Of a stretch of DNA of 64,000 nucleotides, positions 42,842-55,163 are shown piece by piece; within the stretch, counting starts at the first letter, position 1, and each line of letters starts with the position of its first letter. The DNA lies in NCBI GenBank assembly GCA_038143065.1, contig JAYQLI010000050.1, positions 2,386 through 66,385 on the forward strand, in the 5' to 3' direction. The translations under genes were made by a program, and so were the position numbers. The notes beneath the pieces are model-generated. The model was not told the origin of the DNA. It worked only from the letters and a program-made list of their open reading frames with translations, and did not search any database. The DNA is from Rhodospirillales bacterium (lineage in GTDB: Bacteria; Pseudomonadota; Alphaproteobacteria; Bin95).

Positions 42842-44005
42842 AGACGTCTGCATAACGGGCTTGGATTTTGGCTTTTCGGAAGTTTGATCATTCGTCTTGT
42901 CGCGCAGAGTTTTCAGCGGACGCAAAGCGTGTGAGGGTTTGGTTATGCGATTGCGAGGGTTTGCGGGTTGAGGGTTATTTTGTTTGCGGCCTTGAGCAGG
43001 TTTTGCCCGATTGCCGCCATCGCCAGTTGGGCGTGGGTTTTGGTGACGCCAAAGTAGCGTGCGCGGTGCAAGCCAAAGAGACGTTTCATGGTGCCGAAGC
43101 ATTGCTCTACCCGAAACCGGCGTTTGGAAATCAGCTTGTTGAAGCGCTTTTCTGAGGCCCGCAGCGGACGATTGCGCGCCGCCTTCCTCATGATCCCGTC
43201 GCGGTGTTTGTCACGCAAACTGGCGCGGTTGGCCTTGCTTGCATAGGCCTTGTCCGCCAGCACGCGCTGTGCTTTCGCGCCTTCGATCATGGTTTCAAAT
43301 TGGGGGCTCTCGGCCTGGTTGGCAGGGTGTGTGGACCTTATCGACAAATCCTCATCCGTGCGGCAAAGGCCTTGTAGCCGAGTGTGGATTACCCTCTTTG
43401 CCCCAACACGCATCCGGATCGGCGCTGTAATACATCTGCGGATCATCCGGGCTTCGCCTTCGGCCCGATCTTCGGGCGCGTCGATATGGGTGCGGGGCCG
43501 CGCTTTTCCACCAAAGTCGCGTCGATGAGCGCGGCCTCGGCCTCCTTGAGCTTCAGCCCATGCGCCTCGATCTGACGGCAAACCTCAGCCAGAAGATCGT
43601 CGTAAACACCACCTTTCACCAAGGCGTTGCGAAAGCGACAATGGGTCGTCTCATCCGGTACGGAGCGTGCAGATTGAGCCCGCAAAAGATCATGAAATCC
43701 AGCAGAACCTTCAGCGCCCGCTCCAGCTTGGGGTCGCTCAAACGTGCTATTGTCCAATCAGCAGGCACTTGAACAGACCAGTGGATCATAACCTTTGGGG
43801 GATAACTGAACGTCCAAGACCGCGTTTGAGAATGGACGAAAACGACGACCAATCCATCAGCGCATCAATCTTGGCCAAGGCATCATCGACCCCAATCCGA
43901 TCCACCGCTTCACGCAAAAATAGGTCCATGAAAACATCCCCGAAAAACTGCGAAAACCATAGCGCTCCAGACAGTCTGTGTAATCCCGTCGTTACGCAGA
44001 GGTCT
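42842..44005 (-). mobile_element. IS5-family element, copy B (transposase N-terminal half shattered, C-terminus intact)
   Basis: 42943-43581 retains ...RKAARNRPLRASEKRFNKLISKRRFRVEQCFGTMKRLFGLHRARYFGVTKTHAQLAMAAIGQNLLKA, the part that is frameshifted in copy A; same insertion point and inverted repeats as copy A. Confidence 0.75.
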
Positions 44006-44252
44006 TCATGCTTTTTCCGACGCTCGAAAAAAAAGCCGACAGAGTGTCTGGTGAAATCGTCTGATGGTGATCTTGACCGGCTTTTTCAGGCGCTCTTGCG
44101 GAATTCATTCAGCAAAAGCGCGACCTGCAGATTATAATGGATATGGCTGCTACTGATGAATTTTTGACCCTGCCAGCCCATTTACAATTTGAATATGTAC
44201 TTTATTTTTTATCCATAGACAGCAAACTCAACCTTTTTTGAACGGACTAGTC

Positions 44253-45461
44253 TTATTCCGTTTGAATGTACTATTTTTCCATTAGATTGTTGCAGCAACT
44301 ACTGGGGCCTTCTTCAACTCAATTAGCACACCAAATCCCCCTCTTTCCACTTCAATATTCCCTATCGTTTATTCTCATTGCAGCTGCTGGTCCCCCGGAT
44401 ATCAACCAGAGACGTCTATGGGTCCTCTCGTCGCTCTCGATGAAGCTTGTGAATTGCTCCAAGTAATGCTGGGTAGTAATAGTCTGATGCCAGCACGTCG
44501 CATAAACCGTCCTCGACCATATCACTGCACTCACCGAGCTTCAGTATGACTGCCCCCTCTTAAGTACATTGGGTGCTCCAAACACCGTAATATCATTTTC
44601 ATTTTTAGCATGCTGAGTGACCTCTGCAGTCATTGGGAATTCGGTAGTTTTGGACCCAAGCTTACGGAAGAAATCTCTGGTTTCAATTTGCGTATCGTCA
44701 TGACTGAGCAGAGGTATGTTTCTAAGGTTTGCAATTTTAGCAAGCTCTTTTATTTTGTTTGGAACTTCGGGTTTTTCTCTCCCAAATTTTCCCCAACTTT
44801 TCTAGATAATCTTTCTCGCTCATACCGGACCTCTTAACCTTTGAGCCAATTCTGTCGGTCAATCTTGGATCTTTCAAATTAGCTGCTTCAAAGTCGAGCG
44901 AATGTTCAAATGGTCTTTGCTGCAGTGTAGTGTTGAATGGACGCATAGTAATTGAGGTGTGGTCGTTGAAAGCCAGTGCTGAGAGTAAAGTATTCAAAAA
45001 CGATTTCTCAATAAATTCAATTGCCTCAAATGCGAAGGTTTCCCACCTTATTTGGATTCTGTTTTCGACCTGACAAATAATTGGAAAATCTGTCTATGAA
45101 AGATATAAGTTTTTGAGAGCTATCAATTGACCGTAGACCGTCTTCCCAGCTGAATGTAATCGCATGATAACCAGTGGTGATACCATTTGTTGCAAGTTGT
45201 TTATCTGTCTCTTTAATTGCTATTTCCAGAGGTATTTTTACACCAGGTCTTGCAGCATAATTTGTCTTTCGAATTAGGTCGCCATGAACGTCAATCAAGA
45301 GGGCGTCAGAAGAAAACCCTTTCCCATGATTGTAATATCAGCCCTAAAGTTATCACCGATTCCAGCAATAAGCCCATTTTCAATTAACACGTCATGTTTC
45401 AACCGTACCGGTTGGTAGAAGAACATTAGCGCCCTGAATAAGAATTGATTGAGTAATTCAT
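44253..45461 (-). pseudogene. phnM: PhnM, copy B, frameshifted
   Basis: 45026-45298 retains the N-terminal MIDVHGDLIRK...RPGVKIPLEIAIKETDKQLATNGITTGYHAITFSW; other segments parallel copy A. Confidence 0.7.
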
Positions 45462-45500
45462 TTTTAATCCACATACTTTCTTATTGATAATTGAACTGAA

Positions 45501-46330
45501 TTACCGAGAAATAATTTTTTGCCTGGCGTAATTGCTGATTTGCTCGATCCCTAAGACAAGTATGAAAATCATTCCAATTATAACCATCGCCCGGTCATAT
45601 GAGAAAAAATTGAATAAGCTTTGTAATTGTAAGCCGATGCCTCCGGCCCCGACAATTCCGAGAATTACAGAAGACCTAATCGCTTTTTCAAATGCAAATA
45701 GCGAAGTTGCAATAAGACCTAGCATGGCTGCAGGGATGACAGCTGAAAAAGTTGCATCTATTTTGGTGGCTCCACAACACTCCAAAGCTTCTGCAGGACT
45801 TTTATCAACCTCTTCCATTTCTTCAGCAAAAAATCGCCCACAGAGCCCTATTGTGTCCACCATAATAGCGAGTGTACCAGCAAAAGACCCAAGACCAACC
45901 ACTACCACAAATATTATAGCCCAGACTAGGTCAGGTACAGTTCTGAAAAATGCAATTAACCCTTTAGAAAAAAATTCCTATGGGTCTGAGATAAGGGGAG
46001 GTGAACAATAAATTTTTAGAGGGCCAGCAATGCCAGAACAAATCCAAATATAACGCCCAGTACAGTTCCAGCAAAAGCCATCTGAATTGTCTCATGCGCA
46101 AAGCATCCAAATATCTAAAAAATGCATCCCAGGTAATTCGATTGCTCTGAGAAGGGCGGAAATGCTCTTTTAAGAAAATCCATTAGGTATTCTGGGCTTT
46201 CTATCAACTTAGAAACAGAAAACCCAGACCCAGAGAATGACCAGGCTGAAAATAATGAGAATACTATTATTATTAACAAATAAAAATGTAATTTGGAGGG
46301 AAGGCGGGCTGGTGCGTCATCCATATTCAC
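45501..46330 (-). pseudogene. phnE: PhnE, copy B, frameshifted (C-terminus intact here)
   Basis: 45501-45908 ends ...MIFILVLGIEQISNYARQKIISR; the N-terminal pieces are in other frames. Confidence 0.7.
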
Positions 46331-46369
46331 TTATGAGATCCTTTGATTTTAGCATATTTGTTTTTTCGT

Positions 46370-47079
46370 CTAAGCTAATTTTTCCATTTTCAGCGCAATG
46401 GTTCCATCGGCATAATCCAAAACCTGGTCAGTATTGTGAGAGGTAAATAAGAGTGTAATATTTTGTTCTTTACACAATTTAAAAAACAGATCCATGACCT
46501 GTTGGCCTGCTACAGGATCGAGACTTGCAGCAGGCTCATCCGCGATAATGATTTCTGGGTTTTGCATGAGGGCTCGAGACAATTGCCACTCTGCTGCGAT
46601 TGACCTCCTGACAGTGAGTCAGCTCTTTTAGAGCTAAGCTCTCCAACCCCACCATCTTTAAGCAATCTACAGCTTTTGATCTAATCGCACCTGATGCGGT
46701 TACATGTGTCCATCTAGTGATAGCCGAGAGCGGAAGCATAGAACTAGTATTGGCTTCACCAATGCCTCCATGAATAACATTTGAAAGCACAGACAAACGT
46801 GGAACTAGGTTGTGCTTTTGGAACACGACGCCAACTTTGGATCTTAATTTCCTAAGTGCAGATTGTGATAGATTATTCACTCTATTTTCAAATATCATCG
46901 ACTGAGCCACTATCTGGTTTTGTCAAAAGAGGATGCATTTTATTAAAGTTGATTTGCCCGCGCCATTGGAGCCAATAATGGATATGGCTTCGCCTTTTGA
47001 TAACCTCGAAGTTCAACCCGTTGAGTACATTCTTATCGTTGTAAGACTTGTGGAGATTAGATACTGTTAAAGTTTTCAT
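46370..47079 (-). pseudogene. phnC: PhnC, copy B, frameshifted
   Basis: MKTLTVSNLHKSYNDKNVLNGLNFEV (46888-47079) plus fragments parallel to copy A. Confidence 0.7.
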
Positions 47080-47131
47080 GCCAACCTAGCGCAGTCCCAG
47101 TGTGACAATCTGGGACTGCTATGATATTTTA

Positions 47132-48033
47132 TCAATTCCCAAAGTGAACTCAGGCATGCTGACTGCAACATACATTTCTCAAACCACATCGTAGTTCGAG
47201 TCTACTACGGGGACTAGCCTAGTCCCCTTGTATTTGAATTCAAGAAGAAGAACCGTCATTAGCATCGACACCTCTGAAAGCGCCTCCAATAACATTGTTT
47301 CATTTTCTACAATTGCATTTTTGATTGTGTCATATTCTTGACCTTTGATATGCCCAATTGCCATAATCATATCCATGGTAGATCACCTGAACGAAGCAAG
47401 ACCTTGTAATCACCATTTCCTGTAGGTTCTTTGCTCCTATCATTTTTTATCCAACTTCTGACATTCGTGGCCATGGCGTCTGTATCACCGCGCACCATTG
47501 CAGGGTGTTGTAAGGATTTACTTGTAAAACTGCTTCAATATCAGTAAGAGGATCGATGCCATAATCCTCAAGTAACTTCATTGGACAGAAGTGATAAGAA
47601 GTAGACCCTGTTTGAAAGAAATCTTCTTTCCTTTTAGATCAGGATGCCTTTTGTGTAACCGTCCGCTGTTTTTACCACTATGCCACAATAATAATCAGGT
47701 CGTGCTATCCCGATCATTGCTTCGCCGTTTGTGAGCTTGTTTATAGCAACATACTCGGCAGGTCCTGTGAAGGCTAAGTCGACTTTGCCAGCTCGCACGC
47801 TTCCGCTGCTCCGGTATGACTGGCGACTTGTATCAATTTCATCTCTGCGTTCAGTATTGATCCCAGCGCTTCTGCCAATGGACCCCCATTCAGAAATCAT
47901 TTCTTCCATAGATTCAGCATCAGTCACCGTCATCGTGTAGGTCTTGCTATGTGACCCAGCTAATACAACGTTGGTAGAAGCTAATATAAATGTTGGTACT
48001 ATATAATGATAATTGTGCCTTAAGATTTGTCAT
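47132..48033 (-). pseudogene. phnD: PhnD, copy B, frameshifted
   Basis: Fragments 47179-47376 and 47634-47933 parallel copy A, including VVDSNYDVV. Confidence 0.7.
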
Positions 48034-48082
48034 TTTTGATTTGCTCCATGTAAATAACAATACAGGTGGAAATCATAAAATT

Positions 48083-48100
48083 ATGACAGCTCAATGACGG
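48083..48100 (-). promoter_or_regulatory. Pho box, copy B
   Basis: Same CCGTCAT-TGAG-CTGTCAT on the minus strand upstream of phnD copy B. Confidence 0.45.
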
Positions 48101-48288
48101 CAGTATTAAATTTTGGTAAAAAGATTGTTAAATTTGTATTGCAAATTGTGAAAGAATGTGAACCGGATCATGCCAGCGTTAGCATACTCGTTACTGATGC
48201 CCTTGCAGTATACGTATTTGTGGTTCGTTGTGAGTAGAATATAAGAGCCAGATCAAAAGACTTTCTGAAACGGCGCTATTGGCGGCTC

Positions 48289-48940
48289 TGTCAGAATAAA
48301 CCACCTTGCCCTAAAGTGCTGTGCAAATTAGCGTCTATGCCATGCCTAACCCTGGCGTGCCCCCATTGGGTGATCCGGTTTGAATGTAAGTGTATTGTCG
48401 GCCTTTGGTCCATCGGAACGATGCTTTCTGGATGCAGGTGGACGATAGCCCAATGAACTGTATGGCCTGACGGTGTTGTAATGAATGCGCCATTTCTCGA
48501 TTAGGATTTGGGCCTCCCTTTAAGCTGTAGAACAGTTCGCCATTGAGCAGCTCGTCGCGGAACCGAGCGTTGAAGCTTTCACAGTATCCATTTTCCCAGG
48601 GTGATCCAGGTTCGATATAGGCGGTTTTGGCGCCGACAGCGGCGATCCAGTCCCGCACCTTCTGTGCAATGAACTCAGGGCCGTTATCTGACCTGATGTA
48701 TTCTGGTGGCCCACGCAGTATGAACAGGTCCGTCAAAGCGTCCAGCACATCGGTTGAGTTGAGCTTGCGATCGACGCGGATCATAAGTGCCTCCCGTGTG
48801 TATTCATCGATGATGTTCAGTGTCCGATAGGCCCGCCCGTCAGCCGTGCGATCTTGGACGAAGTCATAGGACCAGACATGGTTCGCGCGTTCAGGCTAGA
48901 GGCGCACGCACGATCCATCGTTCAGCCAGAGCCGTGATTT
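48289..48940 (-). mobile_element. IS3-family orfB remnant, copy B (additionally frameshifted)
   Basis: 48335-48784 parallels 21709-22323 up to ...LLNGELFY, then shifts. Confidence 0.75.
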
Positions 48941-48966
48941 CTGTTAATTTGGATGATAACTGCTGA

Positions 48967-49846
48967 CTATGGCTTGAACTTTCTGTCTTCAAATTCATAA
49001 CCATACTCAAGCCCGAGATCCGCATTCGTTGAAAGTTCATAGGTTTTCTGACGTAAATAATCCATTAAAGCCCTTGTATCTTTGGCGTATGGAGCAAGTT
49101 CTTGGAAGGTCATAGGCTCTCCGACTGCAACCTTGACTTTACTATCCACGCGAGATCTAAACTCTTTGATCATTAAACCCATGCGCAGCGTGTAATGCAA
49201 GTGACTGGCAAGTTGGAAAAGTCGGCTTGTATGGTCGTCAAAGCAAACCGGAACTACGGAAGCGTTCGATTTGATGATCAGGCGCGCAGTGAAGGCTCTC
49301 CCAGGGATCCAAGGGCTGAGAAAATGGCTTCGCTGCAGTTGAGACGGTACTGCCTGGAAAGATGCCTATGCATCCACCATTTTTCAGATAATCCAACGCA
49401 GTTTTCCGCGTTTGAAGATTTATTTCTAAGGCCTCTTTGTTGGCATCAAAAGAAATTGGTAAAATTACTCGGATTAAGGTCTTCTAGATTTTTTGAAGAC
49501 TTTATGGGCTAATATCCGAAAATCTGACGTGTTTCATCCAAAATACGACCCCAACATCAATCCATCTAAAATACCATAGGGATGGTTTGAAATAACAATT
49601 AACGGGCCTTCTTTGGGAATGGTCGAAAGCGAACCAAGCAGTACATCAAGCTCCAGACCATATCGTTCAACAATAACATTCCAAAAGGAATAACCTGCCT
49701 TAATTTCATCTTGATATCCCCTGGCTCGCTTAAGCAGCCCAATGCGACCTGTCATATTCTCCATGTTTAATGATAGTTCGCCCGCCTTTTGACTGGGCCG
49801 AGTGTGCATAACTAATTTCTTTTACGTCTTTAGCATTCTCTAACAT
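48967..49846 (-). pseudogene. Low-GC PlsC-like acyltransferase (paralogue of 22383-23261), copy B, frameshifted
   Basis: Fragments 48967-49200 and 49534-49809 (VISNHPYGILDGLMLG) match copy A. Confidence 0.7.
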
Positions 49847-50731
49847 GTTTTTATGCCTCAAATTAATTTATCGCTTGCAAAATATCTAACCAATGTTGGT
49901 ACATTGCGTTTCTGAGTATTTTCTGTTCGCTTATCCAGAGAAATCACGATTTCTTTCAACATATTGGTAGCAAATTTTTGGATCCCGACTTAGCGACTGC
50001 GGGCAAACTGACGGACCAATATTGACGTCAAAAACGAAAGCGCCTTTTGTTCAAAGTCTCTTTAAACAGCGTAATATCGCGCAAGGTCGGATGAATCGTC
50101 AAATAAATAAAAGAGATAAGAGTTTCGTGCAGTTATATGGACTGGGATAAGCGGACAATTGTATTTTTGTGCCACTGTTACAGCAGACGTCATCCAGTTT
50201 CGTTCAACCAATTTAAAAGCCTTGCGCTTCGCAAGTCGCCCAGATGGAAATATCACACCCAATTTTTCATTTTGAATCGTAGTTTTTGGCGAAGCGCAGA
50301 GTGGCTTGTGTGCTTGATTTTCTGCGTTTTTCTTTTGCGCCATTCTACTGGCGCAATATATTCTTCTAGTTGTGGGAAGACACGTAAAATGTCATTATTT
50401 GCAAAATAATACAAATCTCGCCGCTTAGTGCTGAGTACTTTGTATAAAATTATGGCGTCTGCGATGCCGGTTGGATGATTGGCAACGATTAACGCCGATC
50501 CAGTTTCTGAATATTCTTGTAAACCAGCGATATTTACTTGGCGCGCAATTTCAGTACGGAGTTTGTTTAGCACATCCGTACCCGATAGGTGCTCCAGATT
50601 TTTAGCCTCAGTAACTGTATTATTGTAATCAAGACAGAATTTTAGAAATGTATCTAACGCAGCCGTTAAAGGCGATTGTGACGAAAGCCATGGGCTCGCT
50701 CATGTATCAGCCTATCTATATTGAGATCCAT
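49840..50731 (-). pseudogene. Low-GC PlsC-like acyltransferase (paralogue of 23255-24148), copy B, frameshifted
   Basis: Fragments 50062-50343 and 50253-50573 (LIVANHPTGIADAIILYKVL) match copy A. Confidence 0.7.
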
Positions 50732-52162
50732 GCGGATTTTACGAATGCCTTGCTACTTAAAATCATCGGAACTAACGCAACAGTTGCTTATGTCAGAGCT
50801 TACAATGCTGAAATTAAAAAGTTGAAAATTAAACAAGTATTTGCATAACCAAGCCATCTTAAATCCCTCATGTTACCCTGTTAGTGTAGGCGTGTTTTGT
50901 AACAATTTCTTATCAAGAAAAAAATGAAAAATAGTTTAGACCTTATATGAGTTACCTCATGATGCCACCCGAGATCCCACCTTGATGATATGTACCCACA
51001 CCTTTAAAACCTTTTACAAATGAACATCAGTTTTAAACAATAATTGTAGCACATCTTTGTCATAAAATCATTTTTTGAATATATAGAGTAATTTACTTGA
51101 CCATAAACTGAAGACTAAATTAATCGGAGCAAGTGTTAGTTAGTAGTTCAAATCGGTGGCGTATCTGCCGCACCATTCCAGAAGCAATTAAAACAAAAAT
51201 AATAGCGCAGTGGAATTTTTATAGATGTTTACTTTGGACTTAGCCGCTCAATAGGAAGTAAACTGGCAGTTTAATGAACCGGTCGCTCAAACTCCGCAAG
51301 GCAACGCGTAAGGGCTCCTGAAAGTATTCCCTAAAATCTGTACTACTGACTTTGGTTTTTTATTCGCTCCAAAAATGTTTTGAGTTCTATTTCAAGGCGC
51401 CCTTTAAGGCAAGTGCCGTATAAATCGATCAAAGGTACGCCAAGAAATATAGGCATCAATTACAATCGGACGCTGATCATTTTGCCAAGTGCCGCTATTT
51501 ATTGAACCAGGATTTATGCTATGCTATCAAGATCTGGAATTCGTTCCTATCGAAAGCACTTAATCTATTGCAGCAAACTTCTCATCAAGGATATCTCAGG
51601 TTAAATTCCATTCATTTACAGGCGCAAAATTTATGCAAATTATGCAGATCATTTGATGCTGATTGTTGTGCAAAGTTACGTCAATTTAAATTAGATGAGT
51701 TTTTACAAACTTGTCACAAGTTTGTAATTTTATAGTCATAAATCATTGCTATTCGCTATCTAAAGAACAGTTATGGTCGCTCAAATGCTATTAAATATTA
51801 CAAGCCACGGTAAGCAGTCGTTCTTCCATTCGAGTGATGGCGAGGGTAGCTTCTGACGATTTGTTGAGCTAATTCGACATGCGAGTGAGTTTGGTCTTCA
51901 CTCATAACTAATGCTGCCTGATCTTGAAAATCGTGTGATATGTTAAGTTTTGATGACTTTTTCCACAGTTTTTGTGGATAAAAATGTGAGTAAGATAAAA
52001 AAGTTGGGGATAAGTCAGCCACCTTATCAAAATGCCGCACTTTGAGCTTTGTAGATGGCGAATCTCGTGTAACATCATATTTAATCTAGTCTGGGGGGTA
52101 ACGAAATTTCAGGCTTAAAAACTGGCAACAGATTTAAGGCTAAAACGGATTTACCACTGTCG

Positions 52163-52626
52163 GATTACAGATGTTGGAGAGGGTCATGATCGTCGGATTA
52201 TTATCCACAAAAGCATCGGCGGTTAAATTGTGAAAGCAAACTTTTCGGAGATTGCGGAAACAAATTAAACGCAGGAGGCGGTAGTTCGCTAGCGCTGAAG
52301 GTAACTGGTGAGTTAGATTACAGATGCTGGGAAGTTTCTGATCTTCGGATAAGAAAACGGAAAGGCATCGGCGTGATAGAAAAAGTGAGTAACGTCTTCG
52401 GATTTTACACTCTTGACTAAAACGCAGGAAGCATTGGCTCGCTAATGCTGAAGGTAATCGGCAAGTTAGACTACAGATGTTGGAAAGGTTTTGATCTTCG
52501 GATCATCATCATCGAAGGCATCGGCGATTAAGTGGCGGAAGTATTATCTTCTGATAATGTGCCCGTAAACTTAGACGCAGGACGCAATGGTTCGCCCATG
52601 CTGAAGGTGGCTGACAGATGGATTAG
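52163..52626 (+). repeat. Second copy of the three-unit UUCG-hairpin tandem array
   Basis: Same three units and conserved blocks as 25756-26220, with scattered substitutions. Confidence 0.7.
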
Positions 52627-52689
52627 AACAAGTGGCCGTTCAACAAGGAGCTTCTCCATGTTGGGCGGTCATTTTGTTTTTTGACTTAC

Positions 52690-53002
52690 TCTTTTTGAGC
52701 CAGCCAGCCTTCTGAAGTTCTCGTTTTCGGAGGATTGAATGTTGGTCAAGGGATAGTCATACAAACCGACGAAGTGGTCTGTCAGTGTTAAAAAGTCATA
52801 CCCTTTAAGTTTATAATGGCGCGCGACATCGTTTGGATCAAGGTCCCCGTCCTAGCGGGAAGAATGGGTGTGTAAATTGCCTCGCAAGAATTTTTCAAGC
52901 TCAGAAAATGGGTCAACTTCCACTCCTATCACTCCCTAAACATCTACAGTTCTGGCCCGCGTTTCATCTTCTAACAAAATCCTAATAAGTGTTTTTTGTC
53001 AT
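52690..53002 (-). pseudogene. PHP-domain remnant, copy B
   Basis: ...GNLHTHSSR.DGDLDPNDVARHYKLKGYDFLTLTDHFVGLYDYPLT... in shifted frames. Confidence 0.45.
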
Positions 53003-53263
53003 GCTTTTTCTTCTGTTTTTAAGTTAAATTTCCTGTTCTCGCTAATTTAATTCCCTGTTAAATTTGGAAGTAAAATCATCTTTACCCAATAAAAATTGGG
53101 ATTTGAGGATCAAATGGAAGCTATTTTTGTTTATTTTCCCTGTTATTTTCTGTTAACAGAGAATTTTGCGGGAGCAGGGAGCTTACTGCACTGAGCACAG
53201 CGCCATTTTCTCCTAATTTTATGAATAAATTCAATGATACCAGTGGGTTGGACCATTTATCGG

Positions 53264-53279
53264 GACCGCTTTTGGGACC
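53264..53279. repeat. Left copy of the 16-bp direct repeat GACCGCTTTTGGGACC
   Basis: Exact match to 55164-55179 and 26847-26862; here it is followed by GCTT, giving GGGACCGCTT-TT-GGGACCGCTT. Confidence 0.6.
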
Positions 53280-53343
53280 GCTTAGATAGATTTGGTCGCT
53301 TCCCACAAAAATCACTCAGGTAAAGAAGGCGGTGTAGTATTCG

Positions 53344-54147
53344 CTAGTTTGTGCGACCCAACGAAAAACCCTGTGCAAGGTGCCGCCGTAGCGCTATTGC
53401 GATAATAGTACCTGGCACAACACCCAGAACTCCAGCCGCGGCAATAAGTGGTATATGCCCAGACATTACACTGCCTACACGGGTCATGATACCACCGAAG
53501 GGTTTAACGTCGATTGTTGTTAAAGCATTGGATAATAAAAACTCTACCCAGGAAAACATGAAGCAAAAGAACGCCGCCGTTGCCACACCAGGCGCGATCA
53601 TTGGCAACAGAATGTGGCGGAAAAACCTGAAAGTGCTAAACCCATCTACTTTTGCGCTTTCGTCCACTTCGACGGGAATTGCCGAGATAAATCCTTCAAG
53701 TATCCAAATTGCGATGGGGACGCTGAAAAAGCAATGTGCCAGCGCAACTGCCAGATATGAATCAATCATATTCAACGCAGAAAATATCTGGACGAATGGT
53801 ACAAGTAGGATGGCCGGCACCATCATCCGAAACATTAAGAGCGAGAAAAACAACAACCCATGTCCCACAAACCGAAACCGTGAAAAGGCATAAGCTGCCG
53901 GTATGGCTACACAGACCGAGATCGCGACATTCAGTGAAACATAAGTCAATGCGTTTATATAACCCCAATACCAGTCAGGTTCCGTCAATATAAATAAGAA
54001 ATTTGAAAAAGTCGGATCTGCAGGCACAAGTTGAATTGAACCTGCCAAACTATCAGGTTTCTGAAGGCTAACTGCGATCATCCAGTAGATTGGCACAAGT
54101 ACCAAAAAGAAAAAGCTTGCTGGTGCTAAGGAAAATCGTGTTGTCAT
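53344..54147 (-). CDS. Carbohydrate-type ABC transporter permease (MalG/UgpE-like), uninterrupted 267 aa
   Basis: Six-TM pattern with the EAA-loop region VDESAKVDGFSTFRFFRHILLPMIAPG; 4-bp overlap with the upstream permease gene. Confidence 0.8.
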   Translation of the reverse strand: MTTRFSLAPASFFFLVLVPIYWMIAVSLQKPDSLAGSIQLVPADPTFSNFLFILTEPDWYWGYINALTYVSLNVAISVCVAIPAAYAFSRFRFVGHGLLFFSLLMFRMMVPAILLVPFVQIFSALNMIDSYLAVALAHCFFSVPIAIWILEGFISAIPVEVDESAKVDGFSTFRFFRHILLPMIAPGVATAAFFCFMFSWVEFLLSNALTTIDVKPFGGIMTRVGSVMSGHIPLIAAAGVLGVVPGTIIAIALRRHLAQGFSLGRTN

Positions 54148-55040
54148 TTGCCCGTATTCTTAAGAGGTGAAGGCAAAATCATCCTGTAAAAAAGAGCAGA
54201 GATTAACACAACTATGACGAAATAAATCACCGCCATTGCTCCGGCTTCTCCCAAATCAAACTGGATAAGGCCCGTTTGTACGAGTTCGTGAGACAGAAAG
54301 ACGGTGCTGACACCAGGCCCTCCGCGTGTGACAACGTAAGCTTCAGTATACATCGTGAAACTGTCCATAAACCTAAGCAAAAATGCGATGGCTAGCACGA
54401 GCCTCATTTTGGGCAGCTCTATATTCCGAAAAACGTTCCAGCGCGACGCTCCATCAATGGAGGCCGCCTGATATTGGGCATCAGGTATGGTTCTCAATCG
54501 CGCATAACAAAGAAGGACTACAAGCCCTGTCCAATGCCAAAGGTCCATTAGGATCAAAATTGTCCAGGTCCAAAAGACATTATTCATATCCAACATAACA
54601 CCAACTTCGGCTAAGGCCTGAGTGATCAGTCCGTTTTCAGGTTGAACCATTACCTTCCACAGATATCCAACCACAATTTTTGGGGTGAGCATTGGAATTG
54701 TTAAAAGAATAAGGGCTGCTGCAACAAGGGTTCCTGACCGTGGCATTTTCAGAGCAATATAGATGCCCAGCGGTATCTGAATCGAGAGTATCAAAACGGA
54801 AAAGCTGAGACTCCGCAGCAGTGCCGCATAAAATTCCTGCGAACTTAGAACCCGATAAAACCATTGACCCCCAACCCAGAAAAACATGTTCCCGCCGAAG
54901 GTGTCATGAAGTGAATAAAAGAATACGACAGCTAGAGGAACTAACCCAACCAGAAAAAGAGCTACAAGTGCGGGAAGCAGAAATGGAAAGGTAGATCGCA
55001 GTCCTCCGGAATTTTGCATTTTAGTCGAACCCATTCTCAA
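54144..55040 (-). CDS. Carbohydrate-type ABC transporter permease (MalF/UgpA-like), uninterrupted 298 aa
   Basis: EAA-loop region YQAASIDGASRWNVFRNIELPKMRLV; no binding-protein or ATPase gene accompanies the pair. Confidence 0.8.
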   Translation of the reverse strand: MRMGSTKMQNSGGLRSTFPFLLPALVALFLVGLVPLAVVFFYSLHDTFGGNMFFWVGGQWFYRVLSSQEFYAALLRSLSFSVLILSIQIPLGIYIALKMPRSGTLVAAALILLTIPMLTPKIVVGYLWKVMVQPENGLITQALAEVGVMLDMNNVFWTWTILILMDLWHWTGLVVLLCYARLRTIPDAQYQAASIDGASRWNVFRNIELPKMRLVLAIAFLLRFMDSFTMYTEAYVVTRGGPGVSTVFLSHELVQTGLIQFDLGEAGAMAVIYFVIVVLISALFYRMILPSPLKNTGK

Positions 55041-55163
55041 TGTACGGTTTACTATAAGTAAAGCTGAAGCACGCCGTCAAATACACTGCTCTATTCGATC
55101 ACCATCTGAAGGCAGAGATTCTTAGAAAAGTAGAAAACTGAAGCCGTCGGATGAGTTGCTGTA

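Noticed and set aside
53351-53893. 180-aa plus-strand ORF
   Set aside because: It lies antisense to the MalG-like permease gene, which has a coherent membrane-protein translation.
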